The position numbers and the translations under genes are program-made. A stretch of DNA of 64,000 bases from Candidatus Nomurabacteria bacterium (GTDB lineage Bacteria; Patescibacteriota; Saccharimonadia; Saccharimonadales; CAIOMD01): the NCBI GenBank assembly GCA_020631975.1, contig JACKGO010000003.1, positions 170,973 through 234,972 of the forward strand, written 5' to 3'. Under the pieces are notes generated by a model. That model was given only the letters and a program-made list of their open reading frames with translations. It had not been told where the DNA came from and ran no database searches. Within the stretch, counting starts at the first letter, position 1. Each line of letters opens with the position of its first letter. Shown in pieces: positions 19,207 to 28,774 of this stretch.

Positions 19207-20313
19207 CTAGTTAAATATGCTACGTTTACCGCTAGCAGACTGGAATTCTTGTAGTAATTCTTTTTGCTTTTTAGATAACTTAGTAGGTGTTTTTACATCT
19301 AGTGTAACTATATGGGGGCCTCTAGTATCTTTCTTAAGATGCGGTACACCATGGCCAGACAATTTAAAATCATCACCATTTTGCGTACCAGCAGGTATCT
19401 TCATAGTCACCTCACCATCAACGGTTTCTACTTTCAACACACCGCCTAATGCTGCTGTTACCATGTCTACGGTTTCGTGGCTTAGTATCAAGTCACCTTC
19501 ACGTGTAAACTTTTTGTGCGGCTTTACGCGTATGTGCACAAATAAATCTCCTTTTTGGCCATCTTGTATTGCTTCGCCGTATTCGCGCAAGCGGATAGTC
19601 GCACCATCATCTATTCCGGCCGGAATTTTAAGATCTATTTTTTGTTCTTTGCGCTTGACTCCTCTCCCACCGCATACACTACAGGCCTTTTCTGGTACTT
19701 TACCTGTACCATGACAATCGGGGCACGTTTGTGGTTGTTGAATATTACCTAGAATCGTACGTGTAACAGTGACCACTTGCCCACTGCCATTGCAAGTTTT
19801 ACAGGTTTTGAGTTCATACCCAGGCTCTGCTCCTTTACCTTTGCAGTGCTCACAATCGCTTTCTATGTTGAGCTTGATTGATTTCTCTACGCCAAACACC
19901 GCTTCTTCAAAAGTGAGCTCGATAGCTACCTCGATATCACGCCCACGACGGGTGCGCGTACGCTGCTGACCACCAAAAAAGCTACCAAACATATCGCCTA
20001 AGTCACCAAAGTCAAAATTGATATTCTGGCCATTAAAATTAAAACCGCCGCCGCTAAAGTCGTAGGCACCACCGCCAAATCCTTGGCCACTAGCGCCTCC
20101 AACACCCGCATGTCCAAACTGGTCATATCGTTTGCGTTTTTCGGTGTCTTTTAATACTTCATAGGCTTCGTTAAGTTCTTTGAACTTGGTTTCGTCGCCA
20201 CCTTCTTTATCGGGGTGATGTTGTACAGCCATACGCCGAAATGCTTTTTTAATTTCGTCGGCCGAAGCATCTTTTGTGACACCCAACACTTCATAATAAT
20301 CACGTTTAGTCAT
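19207..20313 (-). CDS. dnaJ: Molecular chaperone DnaJ
   Basis: J-domain HPD; G/F region; four CxxCxGxG repeats (CEHCKGKG, CKTCNGSG, CPDCHGTG, CSVCGGRG). Confidence 0.97.
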   Translation of the reverse strand: MTKRDYYEVLGVTKDASADEIKKAFRRMAVQHHPDKEGGDETKFKELNEAYEVLKDTEKRKRYDQFGHAGVGGASGQGFGGGAYDFSGGGFNFNGQNINFDFGDLGDMFGSFFGGQQRTRTRRGRDIEVAIELTFEEAVFGVEKSIKLNIESDCEHCKGKGAEPGYELKTCKTCNGSGQVVTVTRTILGNIQQPQTCPDCHGTGKVPEKACSVCGGRGVKRKEQKIDLKIPAGIDDGATIRLREYGEAIQDGQKGDLFVHIRVKPHKKFTREGDLILSHETVDMVTAALGGVLKVETVDGEVTMKIPAGTQNGDDFKLSGHGVPHLKKDTRGPHIVTLDVKTPTKLSKKQKELLQEFQSASGKRSIFN

Positions 20314-20590
20314 AAATTAGTATCCCTATCACTGTTATTGTTTGCATGGTTACCCAAATTAGTTGTCCATAAAATATGGGCCGCAACTTAAAGACAAAAC
20401 CATACACTAAAAATACAATACCGAAAAATAAATACCCCAGCCACGTTGCTAGTGATACATCTTGAGCACTCTGATTACTATAAATATGTGCAATTTGAGG
20501 AATAGTTAAAAGTGGTTGCACAAGCGCAGCAATAAGCGCATATAGTTCTATACGCTTATTGCGTTGTACGGTAGATTGTACGTGGCTCAC
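20306..20590 (-). CDS. SemiSWEET (PQ-loop, 3-TM) sugar transporter family protein
   Basis: 94 aa, 3 TM, LLTIPQIAHIYSNQSAQDVSLATWLGYLFFGIVFLVYG matches the PQ-loop/MtN3 half-unit. Its GTG start overlaps the dnaK TAG, and its 3' end overlaps the dnaJ start. Confidence 0.8.
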   Translation of the reverse strand: MSHVQSTVQRNKRIELYALIAALVQPLLTIPQIAHIYSNQSAQDVSLATWLGYLFFGIVFLVYGFVFKLRPIFYGQLIWVTMQTITVIGILIYD

Positions 20591-22479
20591 TATTTCTCTT
20601 TCTTGTCGGAATCTTTTTCGTCAACTACTTCGCCTTCAGCCGGGCCATCTGCCTTATTTTCATCTTCTGGAGCAGCTGCTTCATATAGTTTTGCACCAAT
20701 TGGCATCAGCTTTTCTGTGAGCTCTTTTGATGCTGCTTCAAGTGTATCTTTATCTTCGCTTTCAAGTGATTTTTTTGCTGCTTCGATAATAGCATCTAGT
20801 TCTTTTTTATCATCGTCAGATAACTTTTCATCATTATCTTTTTTGAGCTTTTCTGCTTGGTAAATACCGTTTTCAAGACTATTCTTGGCATCAATTGCTT
20901 CACGTTTTTTCTTGTCAGCTTCTGCGTTAGCTTCTGCTTCTTTGGCGGCTTTTTCTACATCTTCTTTACTAAGATTACCGCTGTTTTGAATCGTGATACT
21001 TTGTTCTTTGCCTGTTCCCTTATCTTTAGCTGTAACATGCAATATACCGTTGGCGTCTATATTAAACGTAACCTCAATTTGTGGTACACCACGAGGTGCC
21101 GGGGCAATACCGTCAAGCACAAACTTACCAAGGCTTTTATTGTCGGCAGACATTTCACGTTCGCCTTGTAATACATGAATTTCAACTTGTGGTTGACCAT
21201 CAGATGCTGTGCTAAATGTTTCACTTTTGCTCGTAGGGACAGTCGTGTTGCGTGGAATAAGTTTTGTGGTTACACCACCAAGAGTCTCTATGCCTAGAGA
21301 AAGCGGGGTAACGTCTAGGAGTAGTACATCTTTTACATCACCTGCAAGCACTCCACCTTGTATTGCTGCACCTATGGCTACTACTTCGTCTGGGTTAACA
21401 CCTTTCATGGGCTCTTTGCCAAAAATATCTTTCACTTTCGCTTGAACCGCAGGCATGCGTGTCATACCTCCAACCAGTACAACTGCATTAATATCTGAAG
21501 CTTTTAAGCCAGCGTCTTTTAGTGCCTTTTCACATGGACCAGCAGTGCGACTCACTAGATCCGCCACCAAACTTTCTAGCTTGGCACGTGTCAATTTGGT
21601 TTCAAAGTGTACTGGACCATCAGCAGTAGCTGTTAAGAATGGAAGATTAATATCAACTTCGTTAGAGCTAGAAAGTTCAATTTTAGCTTTTTCTGCTTCA
21701 TCACGTAATCTTTGCATAGCTGCCTTGTCGTCTGTAACGTCTACGCCGCTTTCTTTTTTAAACTCATCAAGTAAATAATTCACGATGGCTCGGTCAAAAT
21801 CTGCGCCTCCAAGGTGGGTGTCACCGTTAGTGCTTTTTACTTCAAATACACCGTCACCTAACTCAAGGATAGATACGTCAAATGTACCGCCACCTAAATC
21901 GTAAACGGCTATTTTTTCATCAGTAGATTTTTTTTCTAGACCATATGCTAGGGCAGCTGCAGTTGGTTCGTTAATTATACGCTTTACTTCTAGACCAGCA
22001 ATTTTACCAGCATCTTTTGTCGCCTGACGCTGAGCGTCGTCAAAATAAGCTGGCACAGTAATGACTGCTTCTGATACAGGTTGCCCAAGAAAGCTCTCGG
22101 CATCTGCCTTTAATTTGCCTAAGACCATAGCAGATAATTCTTCTGGGCTAAATTCTTTTTTACCCATTTTTACCTTAACACTACCGTCAGAGCCTTTTAC
22201 CATCTCGTAGCCCATCAATTTTATGTCTCGTTGTACTTCTTTATCTGTCCATCTACGGCCAATCAGTCGTTTCATTTCATATACCGTATTAGATGGGTTT
22301 GTAACAGCTTGCCTACGAGCGGTTTGGCCTACAAGCCTTTCGCCGCCTTTATTTATGGCGACAACACTCGGTGTGGTTCGATTTCCCTCTGCATTGGCGA
22401 TTATTTCTGGTTTACCACCTTCCATAACAGCCATAGCACTATTTGTCGTTCCTAAGTCTATTCCAATGATTTTTCCCAT
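20590..22479 (-). CDS. dnaK: Molecular chaperone DnaK (Hsp70)
   Basis: [18 protein letters not shown], full-length Hsp70 with an acidic C-terminal tail. Confidence 0.98.
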   Translation of the reverse strand: MGKIIGIDLGTTNSAMAVMEGGKPEIIANAEGNRTTPSVVAINKGGERLVGQTARRQAVTNPSNTVYEMKRLIGRRWTDKEVQRDIKLMGYEMVKGSDGSVKVKMGKKEFSPEELSAMVLGKLKADAESFLGQPVSEAVITVPAYFDDAQRQATKDAGKIAGLEVKRIINEPTAAALAYGLEKKSTDEKIAVYDLGGGTFDVSILELGDGVFEVKSTNGDTHLGGADFDRAIVNYLLDEFKKESGVDVTDDKAAMQRLRDEAEKAKIELSSSNEVDINLPFLTATADGPVHFETKLTRAKLESLVADLVSRTAGPCEKALKDAGLKASDINAVVLVGGMTRMPAVQAKVKDIFGKEPMKGVNPDEVVAIGAAIQGGVLAGDVKDVLLLDVTPLSLGIETLGGVTTKLIPRNTTVPTSKSETFSTASDGQPQVEIHVLQGEREMSADNKSLGKFVLDGIAPAPRGVPQIEVTFNIDANGILHVTAKDKGTGKEQSITIQNSGNLSKEDVEKAAKEAEANAEADKKKREAIDAKNSLENGIYQAEKLKKDNDEKLSDDDKKELDAIIEAAKKSLESEDKDTLEAASKELTEKLMPIGAKLYEAAAPEDENKADGPAEGEVVDEKDSDKKEK

Positions 22480-22544
22480 TATTATAGGTTCCTTTCTAAA
22501 TTAGCAGTAAATGTGATTGATTACTCTTGTTTATCATACAGAGT

Positions 22545-22571
22545 TTAGCACTCATGTGTCAAGAGTGCTAA
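22545..22571 (-). promoter_or_regulatory. CIRCE operator (HrcA binding site) upstream of dnaK
   Basis: TTAGCACTC-ATGTGTCAA-GAGTGCTAA, a perfect CIRCE consensus inverted repeat. Confidence 0.92.
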
Positions 22572-22581
22572 TTGTTGTGTT

Positions 22582-22860
22582 TTATACATCTTCCATATTT
22601 AATACATCATCAAAACAGTCATCGACCCATTGTTTAGGAAGACCTAATTCATAAGTTGCGTATTTATAAATATCTTTAACAAGTGTTTGCTGAATATGGT
22701 CTTGTTCAGAATCACTCAAAGTATCCCAGGATGTAGTTGGAGGCATGTCTAGTTTGCCAAGCGCCCATGCAAAAGCTGCAATGAGCGATTCTAGGCTTTG
22801 TTCATACTGTGGGGTGTGCACTGCTAATACATCAGTATATTGATGCACGGACTCACTCAT
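22582..22860 (-). CDS. Hypothetical acidic 92-aa protein between grpE and dnaK
   Basis: ORF starts 3 nt after the grpE stop; no recognisable family. Confidence 0.5.
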   Translation of the reverse strand: MSESVHQYTDVLAVHTPQYEQSLESLIAAFAWALGKLDMPPTTSWDTLSDSEQDHIQQTLVKDIYKYATYELGLPKQWVDDCFDDVLNMEDV

Positions 22861-22862
22861 GG

Positions 22863-23324
22863 CTATTGCTTGGTTACCTGCACAACAGCATGGCGAATAA
22901 TTGCACCGTCCAACATATAGCCTGTTTGGGCTACTGCAGCAATAACTTCCTTCTCGCCATCACCATCGATCATACTAACGGCATCGTGAATTTCTGGGTT
23001 AAATGGCTCTCCTACCGCTCCATATTTTTGTAGACCTGCAGCACTTAGCTCGGCTTCTAGCTGCTTGTTAGCAGCCCATACGCCTTTTACCCAAGGGTGT
23101 TCAGCAATGTCAGCCGGCGGCTGAGCAAGAGCGCGTTCGAGATTATCAAGTATAGGTAGTAATTTCTCAAAGGCTTGCTCCTTACCAAAGCTTACGGCTT
23201 TTGTACGATCTTCTTCAGAACGCCGCTTGAAATTAATAAACTCTGCTTGTAATCGCTGCAAATCTTCAGTGAGTTCTTCTATTTGTTGTTTTGCGCTTTT
23301 TCTACGTGGTTTCTTTGGTTGCAT
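22863..23324 (-). CDS. grpE: Nucleotide exchange factor GrpE
   Basis: Coiled N-terminal part, then ...LLPILDNLERAL...GEPFNPEIHDAV, the typical GrpE pattern. Confidence 0.93.
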   Translation of the reverse strand: MQPKKPRRKSAKQQIEELTEDLQRLQAEFINFKRRSEEDRTKAVSFGKEQAFEKLLPILDNLERALAQPPADIAEHPWVKGVWAANKQLEAELSAAGLQKYGAVGEPFNPEIHDAVSMIDGDGEKEVIAAVAQTGYMLDGAIIRHAVVQVTKQ

Positions 23325-23340
23325 ATACTACATACTTTCC

Positions 23341-24063
23341 TTACAATACTTTTTCTAATAATTGGCCAGCATGGCGAACGAGGCCCATTACTTGTTTATA
23401 GCTTTGCCGGGTTGGACCTACAACACCTATATAGCTCCTATCGCTATATGGGCTTCTAAACTTGCTAATTATTAGGCTACAGCCACTCGCCTTGCCTATG
23501 GGATTCTCAGCACCAATATATACACTAAGCGGTTCATTGGGCGATGCTTCCTGGAGCCATGGTTCAAGATTATCTATAAGTTTTGCGACTTCATGCACGG
23601 CAGTTCCATCGGCAAATTCTGGCTGACTAAACAAGTGGGATATACCACTCATATAGAGCTGATCACCAATGGTAGCGATAGACAAATTATGGGTAATATC
23701 TACTAAGCTATCTACTGCTGTTTTAATTGTTTGAGCAGCTTTTCCTGCACTACGAACTCGCACATCAATCGCTCTCGCATTACGATCGATTTTAGTAGAA
23801 CCATCTAATGATTCGTGCGGAATCGCAGCCTGTTCGGTTACCGCATTAACATAATACCGATACCCCTTATCTGTAGGTACTCGCCCAGCAGACGTATACG
23901 GGTGCTCTACGTAGCCCATATCTTCTAGGCGAGCCATTTCTGCCCGAATAGTCGCAGATGATACACCAAAAGTTTTTGCCAACAGTACAGAACCTACCGG
24001 AACGGCAACTTCTGCATATTGCTCTACTATAGCCTGGAGGATATTTGCTTGTCTTTCTGTCAT
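23341..24063 (-). CDS. hrcA: Heat-inducible transcription repressor HrcA (short, 240 aa)
   Basis: N-terminal wHTH ...ILQAIVEQY...PVGS...SSATIRAEMARLEDMGYVEHPYTSAGRVPTDKGYRYYV; preceded by CIRCE. Confidence 0.9.
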   Translation of the reverse strand: MTERQANILQAIVEQYAEVAVPVGSVLLAKTFGVSSATIRAEMARLEDMGYVEHPYTSAGRVPTDKGYRYYVNAVTEQAAIPHESLDGSTKIDRNARAIDVRVRSAGKAAQTIKTAVDSLVDITHNLSIATIGDQLYMSGISHLFSQPEFADGTAVHEVAKLIDNLEPWLQEASPNEPLSVYIGAENPIGKASGCSLIISKFRSPYSDRSYIGVVGPTRQSYKQVMGLVRHAGQLLEKVL

Positions 24064-24105
24064 AAAATATAGTAACTACGTTTTACTGATGGTAGTATAG
24101 CGTAT

Positions 24106-24132
24106 TTAGCACTCGTTAGTCAAGAGTGCTAA
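24106..24132 (-). promoter_or_regulatory. CIRCE operator upstream of hrcA-grpE
   Basis: TTAGCACTC-GTTAGTCAA-GAGTGCTAA. Confidence 0.92.
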
Positions 24133-24167
24133 ATACTGGTTGTATCTGTGTCCTGTATATGAACAAA

Positions 24168-24908
24168 TTAGCGCAAATATGCGCTTAAATCTGCTAGCAG
24201 CTGCTCGGCATGAACGTGCGCATTGGCTTGTTCTAACTCTCCAAAATCTCCTGTTGTAATATGCTGATGAAGAGCATCTACAGTAACACGTAAATCCCAA
24301 TTAACAATGAACTTAAAATATGATCGTTGCAAGGCAAGCTCAATTTCCTCTGCTGCACTCGTTAAGCGTCGGCGCTTTTCTTGTGGGTCCATGACACCTC
24401 TACCATCAAGTCGGCGCATCCATTCAGTAAAATCTGGAGGTAAGATAAATACGGGAATAGTGCTATCACTATAACTTTTTATTGTGTCACATCCGTGTAT
24501 ATCAATATCTGTAATTGCAATGGTATTAGTTTGAGCGGCTTTGCGCAGTTCGTCTAGGCTTACGCCAGAAACTTGCTGGTTATGAATAATAGCAGCTTCT
24601 ACGTACGCGCCATTACGGAGCCCTTGAATAAAACTTTCTTCCGATTTAAACCAATACTCATTCCCGTTGGTTTCTGGTATTCCATTATTGATACGTGGTT
24701 TACGGGTAGTGTCTGATACGACATAGTAATATTTACCCGTCATTATGAGGTTTTTTATGATGGTATTACGACCAGCTGCTGTGGGGGCAGATAGTAACAC
24801 GAATTTATTATCATGTAGTAAATCAAGTAGTTCTAAGCTGGGCTTATATGTTTTAAGGATGCGTTGGAATTCTGGTAAATATTTCAGTAGTGTAGATTGT
24901 GGAAACAT
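24168..24908 (-). CDS. Guanylate-kinase-like protein with degenerate P-loop (the ORF could extend to a TTG at 24938)
   Basis: SDTTRKPR, GNEYWF and E-A motifs of the GK fold are present, but Walker A reads SAPTAAGRNT instead of GxxGxGK[ST]. Confidence 0.7.
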   Translation of the reverse strand: MFPQSTLLKYLPEFQRILKTYKPSLELLDLLHDNKFVLLSAPTAAGRNTIIKNLIMTGKYYYVVSDTTRKPRINNGIPETNGNEYWFKSEESFIQGLRNGAYVEAAIIHNQQVSGVSLDELRKAAQTNTIAITDIDIHGCDTIKSYSDSTIPVFILPPDFTEWMRRLDGRGVMDPQEKRRRLTSAAEEIELALQRSYFKFIVNWDLRVTVDALHQHITTGDFGELEQANAHVHAEQLLADLSAYLR

Positions 24909-24943
24909 AGCTATACTATACCTTATATAGGAGACCAAATACT

Positions 24944-25399
24944 ATGAAAGCACCAGAATTTTCGCTACAAGATCAAAACAATATAACCCATCGATTACAA
25001 GACTACAGAGGAAGATGGGTGATCGTATATTTTTACCCTAAAGATGCTACCCCTGGTTGCACAAAAGAGGCGTGTAGCTTTAGGGACGGTAGAGAACTAT
25101 TAGAGAACGCCGGGGCGGTCGTGCTCGGTATATCTAAAGATACTGTCACCAGCCATAAGAAATTTGCCGATAAACATCAATTAAACTTTACCTTGCTCAG
25201 CGATACTTCAACAGAAACGATTCAAGCGTATGGGGCGTGGGGTAAGAAAAAATTTATGGGTAAAGAATACGAAGGAATAAAGCGCAATACCTATCTCATT
25301 AGTCCCGATGGCACAATAGTAAAAACTTATGAAAATGTAAATCCTGCTACCCATATAGGGGAAGTGTTGCGTGACGTACAAGCAGTTAATCACGCTTAA
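24944..25399 (+). CDS. bcp: Peroxiredoxin Bcp (thioredoxin-dependent thiol peroxidase)
   Basis: FYPKDATPGCTKEAC active-site motif; 151 aa; AGGAG SD. Confidence 0.93.
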   Translation: MKAPEFSLQDQNNITHRLQDYRGRWVIVYFYPKDATPGCTKEACSFRDGRELLENAGAVVLGISKDTVTSHKKFADKHQLNFTLLSDTSTETIQAYGAWGKKKFMGKEYEGIKRNTYLISPDGTIVKTYENVNPATHIGEVLRDVQAVNHA

Positions 25400-27161
25400 G
25401 CATAACAGTGAAGGCTTCTGCCGGGATATCAACTTTGCCGAAACGTTTCATACGTTTTTTACCTTTAGCCTGCTTCGCGAGAACCTTTTTCTTACGAGAT
25501 ACATCCCCACCATATAGCCCCGTAGTAACATCTTTACGGTACGCACTAATGTCTTCTCTTGCAATAAATCGCCCACCTATCGCTGCTTGCAACGCTACTT
25601 GAAAATTTTGACGTGGTATAACATCTTTAAGTTTTTTTACTGTTACGCGGCCTAGATGCTCTGCCTCACTGCGGTGTACCATTATTCCTAGCGCATCTAC
25701 GCGTTCACCAGCAACGTAAAAGTCAAGTCGCACTAAATCTTCTGCCCTGTAATTATGAAGCTCATAATTAAATGATCCGTAGCCACTCGTGATACTTTTA
25801 AGCTGATCGTAAAAATCTGTCAGTAAGTTTGCGAGTGGAGCATCAAAACTAATTAAAGCTAGTGTAGCATCAACATAACTCACATTTTTATAGCTACCGC
25901 GTTTGCTGACAATGAGCTGTATGACAGAGCCTACGTACTCTTTTGGACACACGACTTCACCCTTTATCCAGGGCTCTTTTATAGTCTCTATTTTTGCCGG
26001 ATCAGGCAGTTCGCTGGCGCTTTTAATATCAAGGGTTTCACCAGTAATAAGAGTTACATGGTAGTCAGTGCTTGGGTTGGTAATTACAAGTTCCAGCCCG
26101 TACTCTCGTTCGAGCCTCTCTTTAATGATATCCATATGGAGTAACCCCAAAAAGCCAATACGAACGCCAAAGCCAAGCACCGGTGAATTTTCTGGTGTAA
26201 ATTGTAATGCCGAATCACTTAAGCTGAGTTTTTCAATGGCGTCTTTTAGCAATTGATAATTTTCGTTACTGTCTGGAAAAAATCCCGCATAAACAAATGG
26301 TTTTACTTCTTTGTAACCGGGCAATGCTTCATGTGCTTGTGTTTTTTCTAACGTTACCGTATCTCCTACCCTTGCTTCGCGGGTACTTTTAAGGTTAGTA
26401 ACAATGTAGCCGATTTCACCAGTGTCTAATGTGTTAGTTACAATCATGCCAGGCTGCAAACAGCCTACTTCAAGGGCGATTCCCGAGCTGCGGGTACCAA
26501 TCATGTGTATTGCATCGTTTTTTTGGATTGCTCCGTCAAAAACACGCACATATAAAATAACCCCCCGATAATCATCGTAATAGCTATCAAAGATTAATGC
26601 GCGGGTTGGTTGGTCTGCCGAGCCTTGTGGTGGCGGCACATCTGCAATAATACGATCAAGTACTGTTTCTACTCCTTTGCCCGTCTTAGCAGAAATATGT
26701 AATATATCTTCTTTTGTACAGCCTAATAGTGCAATGACTTCTGCGCTAACTTTTTCTGTATCTGCGGCTGGCAGATCAATCTTATTAAGTACGGGGATAA
26801 TCGTCAGGTCTGCAGCCATCGCTAAATACACATTTGCTAACGTCTGGGCTTGAATACCCTGGCTGGCATCTACCACTAGAATTGCACCTTCACAAGCCTC
26901 TAGACTACGAGACACCTCGTAACTAAAGTCTACATGCCCTGGTGTGTCTATAAGATTTAACTCATGATTATCGTACACCATGCGTACAGGCGCCAATTTA
27001 ATGGTTATTCCCTTTTCGCGTTCTAGATCCATTTTATCTAAGAGCTGCGCTTTCATATTACGCTTATCTACTGTATTGGTAAGTTCCATGAGCCTATCGG
27101 CTAAAGTGCTTTTACCGTGATCAATATGTGCGATAATACAAAAATTTCTAATCTTTTCCAC
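25386..27161 (-). CDS. lepA: Translation elongation factor 4 (LepA)
   Basis: IIAHIDHGKST, DTPGHVDF, NKID; LepA-specific C-terminal domain. Confidence 0.97.
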   Translation of the reverse strand: MEKIRNFCIIAHIDHGKSTLADRLMELTNTVDKRNMKAQLLDKMDLEREKGITIKLAPVRMVYDNHELNLIDTPGHVDFSYEVSRSLEACEGAILVVDASQGIQAQTLANVYLAMAADLTIIPVLNKIDLPAADTEKVSAEVIALLGCTKEDILHISAKTGKGVETVLDRIIADVPPPQGSADQPTRALIFDSYYDDYRGVILYVRVFDGAIQKNDAIHMIGTRSSGIALEVGCLQPGMIVTNTLDTGEIGYIVTNLKSTREARVGDTVTLEKTQAHEALPGYKEVKPFVYAGFFPDSNENYQLLKDAIEKLSLSDSALQFTPENSPVLGFGVRIGFLGLLHMDIIKERLEREYGLELVITNPSTDYHVTLITGETLDIKSASELPDPAKIETIKEPWIKGEVVCPKEYVGSVIQLIVSKRGSYKNVSYVDATLALISFDAPLANLLTDFYDQLKSITSGYGSFNYELHNYRAEDLVRLDFYVAGERVDALGIMVHRSEAEHLGRVTVKKLKDVIPRQNFQVALQAAIGGRFIAREDISAYRKDVTTGLYGGDVSRKKKVLAKQAKGKKRMKRFGKVDIPAEAFTVMLKRD

Positions 27162-27163
27162 GT

Positions 27164-28735
27164 TTATACCTTTATGACGGCTAATGCCATCGTTCTTACT
27201 TTTTGTACAACTGCACGCGCTTCTGGCATATCAAAAACATACGACATGGCTGTGTGCACCGTAAACGTGATTGAAGTAATAATGCCTAGTTTTATCATAA
27301 GCACAAAACCTGTGTCCGTTTGTAGTAGTGGAAAGAATTGGATTGCTACATATGTAGCAAAAGCGCTAAATCCTGTAATAGCTATCATACGAGTAATCGC
27401 TTGAACAAAATCTCCTGTAAATAATTTTCTATCTCTTTGAATCATGATTGCAACTAAAATCATAACCTCTGTGAGCGCAACAATACTTTGGGCAATTGCT
27501 AAACCAGCAACTCCATAGGCACTCGGTTTAGATAGTGTATACGCTAAAAATACGTTCAGTGCTATCACAAAAAGTGAAACATATAGCGGAGTCTTGGTGT
27601 CTTTATGAGCATAAAAATAGCGAGAAATTATTGTGTATATTATTCTAAAAAATATTGCCACACTCAAAAATCCAAAAATCATAGCAATTTCACTACTGCT
27701 TCGTGCAAAAATAATTCTAGCCAAGTATGCCCGAGCAAAAAAGCTAACAACAACGACTGGCAGAGCTATCCAGATCATTGTTCTTAGTACTTTAATAAAT
27801 TCTTTTCTAAAAAGATCAGTTCTCCCTTGCGCTAGCCTATCTGTTAGTCGGGGGAACGCAGCAGTCGATATAGAGTTTCCAATTAATGAAATTGGCGCAA
27901 AGTGCAATACCAGAGCATTTTCATACCAAGTAACCGATCCAGTCAGCAACCGAGAAGCAAACCTCGTTTCTACAATTGCATTGATACTATCTACACCTTG
28001 GTCGATAGCACGAGCTGGAAGCACCCGTAGCACTTCTCTAAAGCTTTGGTTTTTAAAATCTATTAATGGAGTGTATTTAAATTTAAGACCAGCCATACCA
28101 AGCGCCACTACAAGTAATTGCAAAATAGAACCAAGCGCGACACCAAGACTCAGCCCAACGATACCGAGCGAGTCACCAAAGATAAATATACTGGCAATAA
28201 TAGAAGTGTTATAAAACAATGGTGCAATGGCTATAAAGAAAAAACGCCCAACGGCTTGCTGCACCGTAGATAATATCGTAGAAATAGAAAATATAAACAC
28301 GTTAACAGAAACAATGCGCATAATAGAAACCGATAGTTCAAGCTGTTGTGGTGTAAACCCTGGTGCCACAACGTAACGCATCAGAGGGTCGGCAAGCAAC
28401 ATCAACAAAATAGAAGCCACAAGTGCTATTAAACCCAAAAAGTTAAGAATATAACTTGAGACTTCCCATGCAGATTGTCTATTTTTAGCGAGTCTATCAC
28501 TTAATATCGGTAAAAAAGCGACTCCAAGAGCACCCGATGCAAGAGTAAAAAAGATAAAATCTGGGATTTTAAATGCAGCAAAATATGCGTCAGAAGTAAA
28601 AACATTGAAGTTCGCATTAATTAATTTAGTGCGCAGTATACCTAAAAATATTCCTAAGAATGACGTACCCGCCAAGAGCGCTGCTGCTGTGCCGAGGCTA
28701 ATCCGTTTGTTGGCTCTGTTTAAAAATCGGTTCAT
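27164..28735 (-). CDS. murJ: Lipid II flippase MurJ (MviN family)
   Basis: 523 aa, about 14 TM, MOP-superfamily MurJ N-terminal pattern. Confidence 0.88.
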   Translation of the reverse strand: MNRFLNRANKRISLGTAAALLAGTSFLGIFLGILRTKLINANFNVFTSDAYFAAFKIPDFIFFTLASGALGVAFLPILSDRLAKNRQSAWEVSSYILNFLGLIALVASILLMLLADPLMRYVVAPGFTPQQLELSVSIMRIVSVNVFIFSISTILSTVQQAVGRFFFIAIAPLFYNTSIIASIFIFGDSLGIVGLSLGVALGSILQLLVVALGMAGLKFKYTPLIDFKNQSFREVLRVLPARAIDQGVDSINAIVETRFASRLLTGSVTWYENALVLHFAPISLIGNSISTAAFPRLTDRLAQGRTDLFRKEFIKVLRTMIWIALPVVVVSFFARAYLARIIFARSSSEIAMIFGFLSVAIFFRIIYTIISRYFYAHKDTKTPLYVSLFVIALNVFLAYTLSKPSAYGVAGLAIAQSIVALTEVMILVAIMIQRDRKLFTGDFVQAITRMIAITGFSAFATYVAIQFFPLLQTDTGFVLMIKLGIITSITFTVHTAMSYVFDMPEARAVVQKVRTMALAVIKV

Positions 28736-28774
28736 ACGACGAGTTTTGTATGCGCTATGTCGGCGACAGAACCC

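Noticed and set aside
20564-20863. Ser-rich 99-aa plus-strand ORF, and similar long antisense ORFs at 19217..19714, 27633..28214, 29796..30362 and 34903..35430
   Set aside because: All lie fully inside well-supported minus-strand genes (dnaK, dnaJ, murJ, ftsH, the ATPase-like gene). They are typical shadow ORFs with biased composition.
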